Positions 17,788 through 28,109 of a stretch of DNA of 64,000 bases are shown one piece after another; within the stretch, counting starts at the first letter, position 1; each line of letters starts with the position of its first letter. Source of the DNA: Candidatus Saccharicenans subterraneus (lineage in GTDB: Bacteria > Acidobacteriota > Aminicenantia > Aminicenantales > Saccharicenantaceae); assembly GCA_003426165.1 (NCBI GenBank), contig QUAH01000007.1, forward strand, positions 43,276 to 107,275. Reading direction: 5' to 3'. The notes beneath the pieces were generated by a model. That model worked only from the letters and a program-made list of their open reading frames with translations, made no database searches and was not told where the DNA came from. Made by a program: the position numbers and the translations under genes.

Positions 17788-20076
17788 TCATGTTTCTCCT
17801 TGATCTTTTCCGGCAGCCCTGACCCGGTTGCGACCTTCTTTCTTGGCTCGAAGCAGGGCCAGGTCGGCGGCCTGGACCAATTCCAGGCCCCTTTCGCCAT
17901 GCTCGGGATAGGAAGCTACCCCGACCGAAATTGTAATGTTTTGAATGATGGTGTTGCCCTGGACGAGCTCCAGGTGCCTGACCGAGTTCAGGATCATTTC
18001 GGCCCTGGCCAGGGCTTTTTCCAGGGACAGGCCAGGCATGATGACGGTGAACTCCTCGCCACCGTAGCGGCAAACGATATCTTCCGACCTGACAGCCCGC
18101 TGCAGGGTCCTGGCTATCATCTGCAGGAAATAATCGCCGGCCTCGTGGCCATAAAAATCGTTTATCTTTTTGAAATGGTCGAGGTCGGCCATGATCACCG
18201 ACACCGGCTGCCCGGCCCGCCTGGCCCGGGTGAGTTCCCGGTCCATGGTTTCTTCCAGGTAGCGACGGTTGTAAAGGCCGGTCAGGGGGTCCCGGATTGA
18301 CTGTTCTTTAAGCGATTGCTGCAGCTTGATGTTGGCCAGGGACATGGCCGTCCTCTGGGCAAAGCTCAGCATCAAATCTTTTTTCTGCCTGGAGGTTTCC
18401 AGGAAATCGGGACCGCGGGCGCTTTTGCTTTTTTCTGGACAGCAGAAGAAAACCAGCAGGCCCAGGGTTTCTCCAGCCGAGGATAGGGGCAGGCAGGCAG
18501 CCATCTGGTTGGGCGGTAGAGAGCCTTTGAGATGCGGGCAGAGCAGGTCTTTTTCCGGGTCCTGAAAGAAGCTGGGCATGGATTTCTTTAAGGCCCAGCA
18601 ATCATTGACCTCCAGGAGGTCAACCGGTGGGGAAGGGGGCTTAAGGGCACAGGACAATTCCAGGAATTTCCCCCGGTCGCGGCGCAGGTAGAGAAGGCAG
18701 CCCTCCTCTGGAAAGAGCTTCAGGGCGTAGCGCTTGATCACCTCGATGGCTTCCTCTTCCGAGCCGGCAATCTGGAAGTTGTCGCCCATCTCCAGCAGCA
18801 GCCGGTTCTGCTCGTTTCTTTTTTCCAGCTCGGTGATGACCTCTTCCAGTCTTTGCTTGGCCTCGGACAGGGCCAGTTCCTGTTTCTTTCGCTCGGTGAT
18901 CTCGGTCATCACGGCCAGGGTGGAGACGAACTGACCGTTGGGGTCGAATTCTGGCGCGGCATTGACGATGACCGTCTTCCGGCTGCCGTCGGCCAGAGTC
19001 AGTTCCAGGTCATAAACATCGCGCAGTCCCTGCCGTCGCCTGTGGGTCTGGTCCCTGATCAGCTCAAACTGCTGGGGGGAGGTGAATTCTTTCAGGTTTC
19101 TTCCTTCCAGTTTTCCCTCAAAGTCGTTAAAGATGCGCCGGGCAGCCTGGTTGGCAAAGAGAATGTTTTCATCACGGTCGACGATAACCACCCCTTCTCC
19201 CAGGGTCTCGACCATGTTTCTGAAAAGTTCTTCGCTTTCCTTTAATTTCTGGGCGATGGCTTCCTTCTGGGCAACCTGGTCCCTGAGTTCCCGGGTCCTT
19301 TCTTCAACCCTGGTTTCCAGGGTTTCCCGGGCCTCCTTGAGTTTATTGAGAGATGCCTCCAGCTCGTCCAGCATGGTGTTGAAACTCCGGGCCAGCACCC
19401 CGACCTCGTCCGAGGTCTGAACCTCGGCCCGGAGAGAGAAATTGCCGCCGGCTATCTCCCTGGCCGTCCGGGCCATCTGGCGAAGCGGCCGGCTGACCAG
19501 CCGGCTGAGAAAATAGATGATAACCAGCCCGAGAAGGAAAATAATCACCGCTGACAGCCAGATGACTCTTCTGATGTGTCCCAGGAGATGATTCAGGTCC
19601 CTCAGGGACAGGCCGATGGCCACGTAGCCGATGGCTTTCCCCTCGACGCTTATCTGCTGATACTGGTTCAGGTGCTGGTTGGAGGGCAACAAGCCACTGC
19701 GGCGGACTTCCTCCGGGTTGATGATTACCTCCCGGGTCCGCTGGTACCTGGCCACTTCCCGGCCGGTGGAATCAAAAACAAAGACGTAATCCACGACCGG
19801 GCTCTGGCTCAGGCTGGCAAAGACTTCCTCCATGGCCTGCCGGTCATCAAAGACAACAGCCGGGGCCAGGCTATGGGCAGCGATCAGGGCTATGGAGCGG
19901 CCTTTATCCTCAAGGGCCCGGAGCGCCTCCCGGCGGTACCAGTAAGGTGTCAGGATTGAAATTAGAACGCTGATGATTATCAGAAAGGGAAAAGAAATGA
20001 GCATGAACTTGAAGACAATTTTTTTTCTGAGGGAGGAAAAAAGAGTGCTTTGACCGGGTCGGTTTTCTTCAGCCAT
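17788..20076 (-). CDS. Diguanylate cyclase (TM, HAMP, PAS, GAF, GGDEF; YfiN-like)
   Basis: HAMP SDEVGVLARSFNTML; RDPLTGLYNRRY; DLDHFKKINDFYGH; I-site RSED; RYGGEEF. Confidence 0.92.
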   Translation of the reverse strand: MAEENRPGQSTLFSSLRKKIVFKFMLISFPFLIIISVLISILTPYWYRREALRALEDKGRSIALIAAHSLAPAVVFDDRQAMEEVFASLSQSPVVDYVFVFDSTGREVARYQRTREVIINPEEVRRSGLLPSNQHLNQYQQISVEGKAIGYVAIGLSLRDLNHLLGHIRRVIWLSAVIIFLLGLVIIYFLSRLVSRPLRQMARTAREIAGGNFSLRAEVQTSDEVGVLARSFNTMLDELEASLNKLKEARETLETRVEERTRELRDQVAQKEAIAQKLKESEELFRNMVETLGEGVVIVDRDENILFANQAARRIFNDFEGKLEGRNLKEFTSPQQFELIRDQTHRRRQGLRDVYDLELTLADGSRKTVIVNAAPEFDPNGQFVSTLAVMTEITERKKQELALSEAKQRLEEVITELEKRNEQNRLLLEMGDNFQIAGSEEEAIEVIKRYALKLFPEEGCLLYLRRDRGKFLELSCALKPPSPPVDLLEVNDCWALKKSMPSFFQDPEKDLLCPHLKGSLPPNQMAACLPLSSAGETLGLLVFFCCPEKSKSARGPDFLETSRQKKDLMLSFAQRTAMSLANIKLQQSLKEQSIRDPLTGLYNRRYLEETMDRELTRARRAGQPVSVIMADLDHFKKINDFYGHEAGDYFLQMIARTLQRAVRSEDIVCRYGGEEFTVIMPGLSLEKALARAEMILNSVRHLELVQGNTIIQNITISVGVASYPEHGERGLELVQAADLALLRAKKEGRNRVRAAGKDQGET

Positions 20077-20767
20077 TTGTTTTCCTGACAGTGGTCAGCT
20101 TTAAGAATTGGGAAGAAAAATTTAGCCCCTGGGCCCTGCTGGCCTCCAGGTTGATGACTATCTGGTACCTGTCCTTCTGCCAGACGAAGCCCAGGGCAAC
20201 CCCGGCTTCAAGGTATTCCGGGACTGCGGTCAAGGTGCCGACCCGGAGCTTTTCGCAAGTCTTTATTACGGCCGGCAGCAGGCCCGGCTTCCTGGCCAGT
20301 TCCAGCGGGGTCAGATAGAGCAGGCGAACCTTAAGGTCGCCCAGGATTTTTTCCAGGGGTTGGGCCGAGTCCAGGTCAACCGGCTGGATGACCAGCCTGG
20401 CCTTCTCGGCGGAGAACTCTTCCGGGGATAATGATTGCTGAAGATTCAGCCAGTCTTCCAGGGCCCAGGAAGAGATCTGGGAGGATTTCTGGTAAAGGAT
20501 TCCGATGACCAGGATCTCCCCGGAACTGGTTTTCCAGTTTCTTTCAAAGACCAGCAGTTTTTTAAGAAGTTGCAATTCAGAAGCCGGGTTCAGGTAATAC
20601 TTTTGCTGGAGTTGCGGCTGGTAATCTGACCGGGACAGGGCCGAAGAAAAAGAAGGTTGAATTAACAGGAAAACCAGGCTCAAGAACAACGAAGACCCAA
20701 CCTGTTGGAAACAGCCTGTTCTCATGATGGCCGGCTTAAAATTAACACTCTGAAGATGGGCTGTCAA
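20069..20767 (-). CDS. YfiR family (DUF4154) periplasmic protein
   Basis: Signal-like hydrophobic stretch; C-terminal GVALGFVWQKDRYQIVINLEASRAQGLNFSSQFLKL typical of YfiR; overlaps the DGC start by 8 nt. Start may be 20725. Confidence 0.75.
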   Translation of the reverse strand: MTAHLQSVNFKPAIMRTGCFQQVGSSLFLSLVFLLIQPSFSSALSRSDYQPQLQQKYYLNPASELQLLKKLLVFERNWKTSSGEILVIGILYQKSSQISSWALEDWLNLQQSLSPEEFSAEKARLVIQPVDLDSAQPLEKILGDLKVRLLYLTPLELARKPGLLPAVIKTCEKLRVGTLTAVPEYLEAGVALGFVWQKDRYQIVINLEASRAQGLNFSSQFLKLTTVRKTNG

Positions 20768-21054
20768 GGAAGGAGTGGCCCATCAGCTGAAAGTCTGGTG
20801 CAAGGGGGGCCCGGGTGGTAGAAACTCCTTATAAATTAATGCTTTAGGGAGGGAATTGACGGGCAATAACGCCCCGGAAATTTTAGGCGAAAAAATCAAA
20901 TTACAAGGGCTTAAGATAGGGGAGAGCCGGGGGAGAAAAAAGATATTTTTCAGGATCGAGCCTGGCCCGAGGACAGGGAGCCGAAGCCAGAAAATATTTT
21001 CTTCAATTCTTAATTTAAATTGAATATAATCAAGCTACCAGAAAGGAGGCCTTA

Positions 21055-21441
21055 ATGCTCAAAGGGTTCAAAGAATTTATCATGCGCGGCAACGTGGTTG
21101 ACCTGGCTGTGGCCGTTATCATCGGCGCCGCCTTCAGCCAGATTGTCAACTCCATGGTCGGGGATGTGCTGACTCCCCTCATCGGGGCTATTTTCGGAAA
21201 GCCAGATTTCTCGGGCATCTTCCTGGGGCCGGTGGCCCTGGGCAAGTTCATCAATGCCGTGGTCAACTTTCTGATCGTGGCCGCGGTCATCTATTTTGCC
21301 ATCGTGGTCCCGATGAAAAAGATCCAGGAATTACGGGATAAAAAGAAGGCCCAGGAAGCGGCAGCCGCCCCCGCTCCCGAGCCCTCGGCCGAGGTCAAGC
21401 TGCTCTCTGAAATCCTGGAAACCCTGAAGAAGAGGGGTTGA
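21055..21441 (+). CDS. mscL: Large-conductance mechanosensitive channel
   Basis: MLKGFKEFIMRGNVVDLAVAVIIGAAF...GKFINAVVNFLIVA...LLSEI. Confidence 0.97.
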   Translation: MLKGFKEFIMRGNVVDLAVAVIIGAAFSQIVNSMVGDVLTPLIGAIFGKPDFSGIFLGPVALGKFINAVVNFLIVAAVIYFAIVVPMKKIQELRDKKKAQEAAAAPAPEPSAEVKLLSEILETLKKRG

Positions 21442-22212
21442 GCGGCAACCGAAGCCCGGCTTAGTCAGCTCATCCTAATCCGGTTGCCGGCACTTCTTAT
21501 GCATCAAGCGAACACCAGAGCGAACTGCTTACCGGCTTTGATGGCATACAGGCTTCTAGGAGAGGTTTTTTCTCGTCCTTTATAGAACTCTGTTGCCGTT
21601 CTGCGGCAAAATTTATCTGTCTGGCCGGAAGGTTCCTGCATTTAACAGGAAAGGGTCCTGCGTTACGAGTGAAATTCCGGAGCCTGAAGTTCCGCCATTA
21701 TTCTTGTTCTTGTTGAGCTTCCTTCATTGCTAAGAGCTTATGGGCTAAGCTCACGTGTCTTGATACAGGCCGGATCTTTATACCGAGACAATGTCCAGGC
21801 CAGGCTGGAGTGTTTCGTCAGGGATACCGCGGCAAAGTTCCGGGAATTCTTCGGAAAATAAATTTGCCCCGGCTACGGCAGAGATAGAATTTAGCCTTTA
21901 AGAGTGTCACTTAGCTATCCTGTGAACAGCTTTGTGGAGAGTCAAGCTGCAAAATGCTCTGGTCAAGTGGTAGGGTCAGGGGTTCATAATTGAGGAGGTT
22001 ATTGGAAAATATGCCCGATAATGGGGCGGTCGGGATTTCTATTTGTAGGAATAAGATCGGATATGGAGAAAGTCGGCAAAAATCCCTATAAGTCAGGCTG
22101 GCCGGGAAGGATTTTAGCCTCAGCAAAGGAAAGCAGCTGGCCGGGCTAAGTTTTTCACCGGCGTTTTGCTATCATATATAAACTAATTCTGTGAAAGGCG
22201 GAGTGGCCAAAG

Positions 22213-23007
22213 ATGAAAACAGTATTTGGCAAGGCATTGATAACCGGAGCTTCGGCCGGGCTGGGTGAAGAATATGCCCGGCAACTGGCTGCGGTCGGCA
22301 CCAACCTGATCCTGGTGGCCAGGAGAAAGGAACGCCTAGAGAACCTGGCGGCAGAGCTGACCGCGAAATATGGCGTATCGGTCGAGATTTTCCCCGCTGA
22401 CCTGAGCCGGGACTATGACCTAAACAACCTGGCCGAGAAAATCAGGCAGACCGAGGACCTGGACCTGCTAATTAACAACGCCGGCTTCGGTGGGAAGAGC
22501 AAGTTCTATAAAGACGAGACGGGGGAAGCCGAGCAGATGATCCGGGTCCACGTTCAGGCCCCGGCCATGCTGACCCGGGCTGCCCTGCCGGCCATGATCA
22601 AGAAGAACCGGGGTGCGGTCATCAACGTTTCCTCGGTGGCCGCTTTCAGCCCTCTTTCTGGGGTCATGTACAGCTCCACCAAGGCCTTCCTGACCATGTT
22701 CTCGATTAACCTCCAGAATGAACTCCAGGGCAAGGGGATTAAAATCCAGGCCCTGTGCCCGGGCCTGACCCATACCGAGTTTCACCAGGTGGCCGGGATG
22801 AACAAGGAAGTCATTCCCGGGTTTTTCTGGATGAAGGCCGACCGGGTGGTCAGGATTTCCCTGCGGGCCCTGGACGGCAACAAGGTAATCGTCATCCCGG
22901 GCTGCCGGAATAGAGTAATTGCTTTCCTGATGCGCTGTCCCTGGACTTTCAGCCTGGTGCAGTGGCTGTCCAGGCGACGCTGGGTAAGGAAAAGGGCCGG
23001 GGTATAA
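22213..23007 (+). CDS. SDR family oxidoreductase
   Basis: TGASAGLG, NNAGFG, catalytic YSSTK. Confidence 0.92.
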   Translation: MKTVFGKALITGASAGLGEEYARQLAAVGTNLILVARRKERLENLAAELTAKYGVSVEIFPADLSRDYDLNNLAEKIRQTEDLDLLINNAGFGGKSKFYKDETGEAEQMIRVHVQAPAMLTRAALPAMIKKNRGAVINVSSVAAFSPLSGVMYSSTKAFLTMFSINLQNELQGKGIKIQALCPGLTHTEFHQVAGMNKEVIPGFFWMKADRVVRISLRALDGNKVIVIPGCRNRVIAFLMRCPWTFSLVQWLSRRRWVRKRAGV

Positions 23008-23051
23008 AATTAAATGAAATACTAAAAGCCAGGAATCCCTGTTAAGTTCGC

Positions 23052-24293
23052 ATGGAAATTTTAGAAATCAAGAAACCTGGAGAGAAAAGAAAGAAAGCCC
23101 GGGCTCTGCTGCTGTTTTCCGGAGGGCTGGACAGCATCCTGGCCGGGAAGCTACTGGAAGAGCAGGATGTAGAAATAGTGGCCCTGACTTTTCGCAGCCA
23201 GTTTTTCGGGGCAGGCCAAGCTGTCCGGTTGGCCGGGGAACTGGGCTGGCCGCTGGTGGTGGTTGATATCAGCCCGGAACAGATAGAAATAGTGGAAAAT
23301 CCCAGGTACGGCTACGGCCGGCAGCTAAATCCCTGCATCGATTGCCACGGGCAGATGGTAAGGATAGCCGGGCAGCTTCTTGAAAGATACCAGGCCGATT
23401 TCGTGGCCACGGGAGAGGTGGTGGGGGAAAGGCCGAAATCGCAGAATCGCCAGGCCCTGGGGCTGGTTGAAAAGCTTTCGGGAATAAAGGGGCTGGTGCT
23501 AAGGCCCCTTTCGGCCAGGTTGTTGCCGGAAACCATCCCCGAAGAAAGGGGGCTGGTCGACCGCAACCGACTACTTGATATCTTCGGCCGTTACAGAAAG
23601 AAGCAGCTGGAGCTGGCCGAAAGGTACGGGCTCAAAGAATATCCCACGCCGGCCGGGGGCTGTCTTCTGACCGACCCGGGCTTTGCTGCCCGGGCCAGGC
23701 AGTTGATGAAATGGCGGGGAAAGCTGTGGCCCGGGGACATTGAACTGATAAAAACCGGCCGGGTGTTTTTCGAGCCAGACGGGTTGATAGTGGTGGGAAG
23801 AGATGAGCAGGAGAATGAAAAAATAGCCGCCATAGCCGGCGCAACCGATATCCTGGTAACAACTGCCGGAGTTAAGGGGCCTCTGGCCGCGGTCAGGCTG
23901 AAGGAGGCCAGTCCGCTTGCGGCCGGCGGAGTTGTAGAAAGCAGCAGCCACGATGCCGGCGTTAATCGGGCTGGGAAGGATTGGTCAGGAAGCCTTCCCG
24001 GGCCGGGCCCAAGGACTCCTCTGGATGATGCCTCTGCGAGTACCGGCCGAGGGGCTGAGCTGGCCCGGATGGTTCGCCAGATTCAGGAGGGAACAATCAG
24101 GCCGGAGAAGCCGGAAACTGGGAGTTTCGAAGCTGAAATTGCCAGTCGTGGTGTGGTGCGCAAGGCCGGTCTCCTGGTCATAAGATATAGCCGCCGGGCC
24201 CGCGACAAAGAACGGGCTTCAGCCGCGGTTATCCACCGGGGCCTGGTCTATGAGCTTGAGTTTCAGCAGGCAGACTGGAAAGATTATCTTTAG
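23052..24293 (+). CDS. ThiI/MnmA-like tRNA thiolase with DUF814 (NFACT-R-like) C-terminus
   Basis: PP-loop SGGLDS, LNPCIDCH, TGEVVGERPKSQ, LRPLSA, PAGGCLLTDPGF, VGRDEQEN. Confidence 0.8.
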   Translation: MEILEIKKPGEKRKKARALLLFSGGLDSILAGKLLEEQDVEIVALTFRSQFFGAGQAVRLAGELGWPLVVVDISPEQIEIVENPRYGYGRQLNPCIDCHGQMVRIAGQLLERYQADFVATGEVVGERPKSQNRQALGLVEKLSGIKGLVLRPLSARLLPETIPEERGLVDRNRLLDIFGRYRKKQLELAERYGLKEYPTPAGGCLLTDPGFAARARQLMKWRGKLWPGDIELIKTGRVFFEPDGLIVVGRDEQENEKIAAIAGATDILVTTAGVKGPLAAVRLKEASPLAAGGVVESSSHDAGVNRAGKDWSGSLPGPGPRTPLDDASASTGRGAELARMVRQIQEGTIRPEKPETGSFEAEIASRGVVRKAGLLVIRYSRRARDKERASAAVIHRGLVYELEFQQADWKDYL

Positions 24294-24342
24294 GGTGAGT
24301 CTTGCCTCCCTCTGACTGCCCGGGACTTCGAGGTTATAGCTA

Positions 24343-25008
24343 TTAGTGTTTCTGTTTTTTGCCGGGCTTGTTCTTTGGCGGTTTGTCTTTGCCTTTTCCT
24401 TTTTCTTTTATTATGGTGTCGTGAATGTCGATAAAGTTATGTCCGCTGGCCCTCATTTCCATAATTCTTTCTGGCGGAATCCGGTGATAGGCCGAGACGA
24501 ACTTGAGGTTGACCAGGTCGACGATTTCAACGTCGGTCAGCACCACCCGGCCCCAGGCTTTCTGATGCCGGTACTGGCGATAGTACCCGTAGGCCCGGCC
24601 GTAAGGAGGTCCGATCCGGACCAGGTTCACCGGCAGGAATAAAATTTCAGGACTGAGCCGGAAGTGCAGGCTGATGTCCCACCAGCTCATCCCCTTAAGG
24701 CGCAGGTTGATGATGACCGCCGGCTCGACCCGGGCTTCCCGGGCCAGGAGGAAGATAACCGGCAGCTCTTCGTCGGACAGGCGATATTGCTCGCGGATAC
24801 GGATAACAGTTGCCTCAGGAACCCCGAAGTAGCTGGAGATGGAAAAGTGGAAGCTTTTCACCCTGCCGTCGGTCAGCGATAGACCGAGACTTACATTCTG
24901 GGCCAGAAGCGGGTGAGTCAGCGAGGGTAGGAGCAGAAACAATAAAAGGCCAGAAACAATCCCCAAGGCCCAGTGGATCCTATCATTAGTTTTCCGCCGG
25001 GCAGGCAT
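24343..25008 (-). CDS. Exported hypothetical protein with PPYGRAYGYY motif and Lys-rich tail
   Basis: Signal peptide ending LLAQ; coherent 221-aa ORF with RBS GAGGAGG. Confidence 0.7.
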   Translation of the reverse strand: MPARRKTNDRIHWALGIVSGLLLFLLLPSLTHPLLAQNVSLGLSLTDGRVKSFHFSISSYFGVPEATVIRIREQYRLSDEELPVIFLLAREARVEPAVIINLRLKGMSWWDISLHFRLSPEILFLPVNLVRIGPPYGRAYGYYRQYRHQKAWGRVVLTDVEIVDLVNLKFVSAYHRIPPERIMEMRASGHNFIDIHDTIIKEKGKGKDKPPKNKPGKKQKH

Positions 25009-25294
25009 GATAACCTCCTCTTCAGAAATTGACCATCTTATTAGTCGTCGTTTTCTCTTGATATTTTAAGAAAACCTGATTCGCCTGCCGACGGGAGATA
25101 GGGCAAAATCTTAGCCTGCCCAATGGGGCAAAGGAGAGACCCTTTACTATCGGGTATAGCCAGGTGGTTCTGAAATCCATTCTCAGAGTCAGGCGGGCCA
25201 GGGCAAGTTGTGGTGAGTAGACTGCGGGGCGTCAAAAACAACTCGCCCAGGTTGACAGGTTGCGGGCGGATAAATATATTAAAGGAAACATAGA

Positions 25295-25308
25295 AATCCT
25301 GAGAGGAT
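25295..25308 (+). promoter_or_regulatory. Possible PyrR-binding RNA loop upstream of pyrB
   Basis: AATCCTGAGAGGAT resembles the ARUCCNGNGAGGYU consensus and lies just before the RBS. The typical CUUUAA lower stem is only weakly present. Confidence 0.4.
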
Positions 25309-25323
25309 AAATAAGGAGTCAGC

Positions 25324-26304
25324 ATGCCCACCAAGCCAAAAAGCCCTTACCTGCCCTTCGGCGACCAGCAGACCGCTCCCTGGTACGGCAAGGATATTCT
25401 GTCGGTGAAGCAGTTCACCAGGGCCGACCTGGAATACATCTTCAGCGTGGCCCACGAGATGCGGGTGATGGTCGAGAGAATCGGGACCTTCGATCTGCTT
25501 AAAGGAAAAATCCTGGCCAACCTGTTCTATGAACCGTCGACCAGGACCTTTGCCTCCTTTATGGCCGCCATGCAGCGGCTGGGCGGAGCGGTCATCCCCA
25601 TCAGCGAGGTGCGATACTCGTCGGTGGCCAAGGGTGAGAGCCTGCCCGACACGGTCCGGACCCTGGCTGCATATGCCGATGTCATCGTCATCAGGCACCC
25701 GGAAGTGGGCTCGGCCGCCCTGGCCGCCCAGTACGCCGGCAAGCCGGTGATCAATGCCGGCGACGGGGTGGGGGAGCATCCGACCCAGGCCCTGCTGGAT
25801 GTTTTTACCATCCGGGAAGAGCTGGGCCGGCTGGACGACCTGACCGTGACCATGCTGGGCGACCTGAAGTACGGCCGGACCGTCCATTCGCTGGCCAGGC
25901 TGCTGACCAGGTTCAGTAACATCAAGCTCAATTACGTTTCACCCGAGGTGCTGCGCATGCCCCGGGATGTAATTGAAGAAGTCGAGGACAAGGGCCTGCC
26001 CCAGAAGGAATACACGGTTCTGGATAAAGTCCTCCCGGAGACCGATGTCCTGTACGTGACCAGGGTGCAGCGGGAGAGGTTCGAAAATCTGGAAGAATAT
26101 GAGAAGGTCAAAGATGCCTATGTAATAAGCGCCAAGACGATGGAAAAGGCCAAGGAAAAAATGATCGTCATGCACCCCCTGCCCAGAGTGAATGAGATCG
26201 CCATGGACGTTGATAAAGACCCGCGGGCGGCCTATTTCCGGCAGATGGAGTACGGGCTGTATGTCAGGATGGCCCTGCTGGCCATGGTTCTGGGCAAGGC
26301 CTGA
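25324..26304 (+). CDS. pyrB: Aspartate carbamoyltransferase catalytic subunit
   Basis: [55 protein letters not shown]. Confidence 0.97.
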   Translation: MPTKPKSPYLPFGDQQTAPWYGKDILSVKQFTRADLEYIFSVAHEMRVMVERIGTFDLLKGKILANLFYEPSTRTFASFMAAMQRLGGAVIPISEVRYSSVAKGESLPDTVRTLAAYADVIVIRHPEVGSAALAAQYAGKPVINAGDGVGEHPTQALLDVFTIREELGRLDDLTVTMLGDLKYGRTVHSLARLLTRFSNIKLNYVSPEVLRMPRDVIEEVEDKGLPQKEYTVLDKVLPETDVLYVTRVQRERFENLEEYEKVKDAYVISAKTMEKAKEKMIVMHPLPRVNEIAMDVDKDPRAAYFRQMEYGLYVRMALLAMVLGKA

Positions 26305-26594
26305 AAACGGGGGACGCGATACTCGTTTACCCATTTTTCAGGATCAGTGAGCTGATAAATTCAAGAAAGATTTTCGTTTAGAGTTTATCGCCCATTTTGT
26401 CAAGGCCAGCAGGCATTACCAATTGTGAAATGATGGAATTCCTTCTGAAGGAGCGGCCCTGTTTGCAGATAGTATTCAATGGTATTAAATAGTATTAATA
26501 AGAATCTGCTATCTGCTCCCGGATCAGACGGGCAAATGGTCGAAAATATGGGGCAAGGGAGTGTGAGCCAGTGCCCACATGGTTGTTCCTAATT

Positions 26595-27722
26595 TCAATC
26601 AAGGTAGTAGGCGATGGAGCAGAAACTGACCCAGTGGCGCAGGGAAAAGGGAGCGGTGGTGCCCAGCCCAATTTTCCTTAGCGGCAGGACTCCCTCGTTA
26701 TAAGTATCGGAAAAGCGGATCAGCTCGCCACGAACATTGCGGCCGGAGTTCTTTCTCATCACTTTCTGTACGGTCAGCAGCCCGAAGGGAATTGAGTACT
26801 TGCCGCACCAGTAAGAGCTCTTGTAATCCAGGTAAGTCTTGCCCCAGAGTTCCCCGGTCAGGCCGGCCACTTTTTTCTCCGAGACCCGCCCCGTCAGATA
26901 GCTGTTAATCAGGTTCCGGTCGAAGGCCAGGGCCTTTTCCCAGGCTTCCTGCCCCTCGCCAAAGGCCAGGTTGTTGAAATCCTTTCCGTAATGGTTGCCG
27001 TCGGCCGAGATCAGGAAAAAGATATCGCGGCCGGGCTGCAGCCTGTTTTCCTTAATGTAAGCGGCGATGACCCCGGCCAGGTGCTCCGAGATTTCTTTCA
27101 TCTTGTCCAGGGGCATCGGGGCCACCATGATGGGCGTGATCTTTATGTCCGGGTTAAAGTATTGCAGAAACGGGATGAGGGCTTCTATGGAATGCTCCAG
27201 CTCGTGGGCCCGGTTGTTGACCGTGACGTATCCGGATTTAAGATGTTTTTTGAGGTATGACCGGAGCAGAGAGATTTCCACAGGTTTCAGCGCCCCCGGC
27301 CAGAGTTCGTAATCATCCAGGATGAGCAGGCTGTCCAGACCCTTAATTTCATTGCGGACGGTGCCGTGGGTCACTCCGAAGATCACCGCTTCCTTGGCCC
27401 GGATGAGATTGAAAAGCGGGTAGTAGAGTCGCCCGGCGTAAAGGTAATCATCGTGCGGGGAGATGGCTGCCACCAGGCCATCAGCCCTGAAGCGCTCCTT
27501 CTCCTGGGCGGCCAGGTAGTCAACCAGGATTTTCATGCTCTCGGGGTTCCAGCAGAAGCCTACGTCGTCGCGGACGGGGCGGATTTTATTTGGCTGTTCC
27601 TGGAGCCGTCCCGGTGAGCCGGCCAGCTGGCCGCTCACCAGGATTAATGACGACAGGATTATGAGCAGGACCGGTAAAGCGCCAATAAGGGAGGCCGTAT
27701 TTTTTATGGTTTTCATCATCAT
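26595..27722 (-). CDS. MEMO1 / AmmeMemoRadiSam system protein B family, with signal peptide
   Basis: ISPHDDYLYAG, FGVTH, AHELEHSIEALIPFLQ, ISADGNHYG, WCGKYSI, WVSFCSIAY. Confidence 0.8.
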   Translation of the reverse strand: MMMKTIKNTASLIGALPVLLIILSSLILVSGQLAGSPGRLQEQPNKIRPVRDDVGFCWNPESMKILVDYLAAQEKERFRADGLVAAISPHDDYLYAGRLYYPLFNLIRAKEAVIFGVTHGTVRNEIKGLDSLLILDDYELWPGALKPVEISLLRSYLKKHLKSGYVTVNNRAHELEHSIEALIPFLQYFNPDIKITPIMVAPMPLDKMKEISEHLAGVIAAYIKENRLQPGRDIFFLISADGNHYGKDFNNLAFGEGQEAWEKALAFDRNLINSYLTGRVSEKKVAGLTGELWGKTYLDYKSSYWCGKYSIPFGLLTVQKVMRKNSGRNVRGELIRFSDTYNEGVLPLRKIGLGTTAPFSLRHWVSFCSIAYYLD

Positions 27723-28109
27723 CCTCCTCCTCTTACTCTGGTAAACTTGATTTGCTTTTTATTGCCCAAGGAAAAAGCTGAACCATAACCAGCATAAAAA
27801 TAGCATAAACTTTTCGGGCGACGGTGGCAAACCGGCCGGTAAGAAGTATGAGTTTACAGCCCGAGCCTTCGAAATTGACGCCTGCTAAAAAAGAGCGAAA
27901 ATGAATCGGGCTTCCTGAAAATTCTCGCTTTTAGCTGCTTTTCCCTGTTATTCCGCTTGGAATATTTTAAATATTTTAGCTGAAAACAGGACTTTTCTTG
28001 ATTTGTGTGCTATAATCTCCTTGCTCGATTATAAAGGAAGAGGGCGCGGGCCCTTATCGGTCATAACTCTCTCCTTTATAACGGAAAATTTTATTAAAGG
28101 AGAGATGTT

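Noticed and set aside
20786-20830. tRNA gene on the minus strand (TGGTG… start)
   Set aside because: No TTCGA T-loop or cloverleaf can be formed.
21505-21642. tmRNA-like tag (…KQFALVFA stop) on the minus strand
   Set aside because: No tRNA-like 5' end, T-arm or ACCA terminus in the surrounding sequence.
26309-26332. Additional REP copy after pyrB
   Set aside because: GGGGGACGC…GTTTACCC has too many mismatches to pair; at best a heavily decayed remnant.
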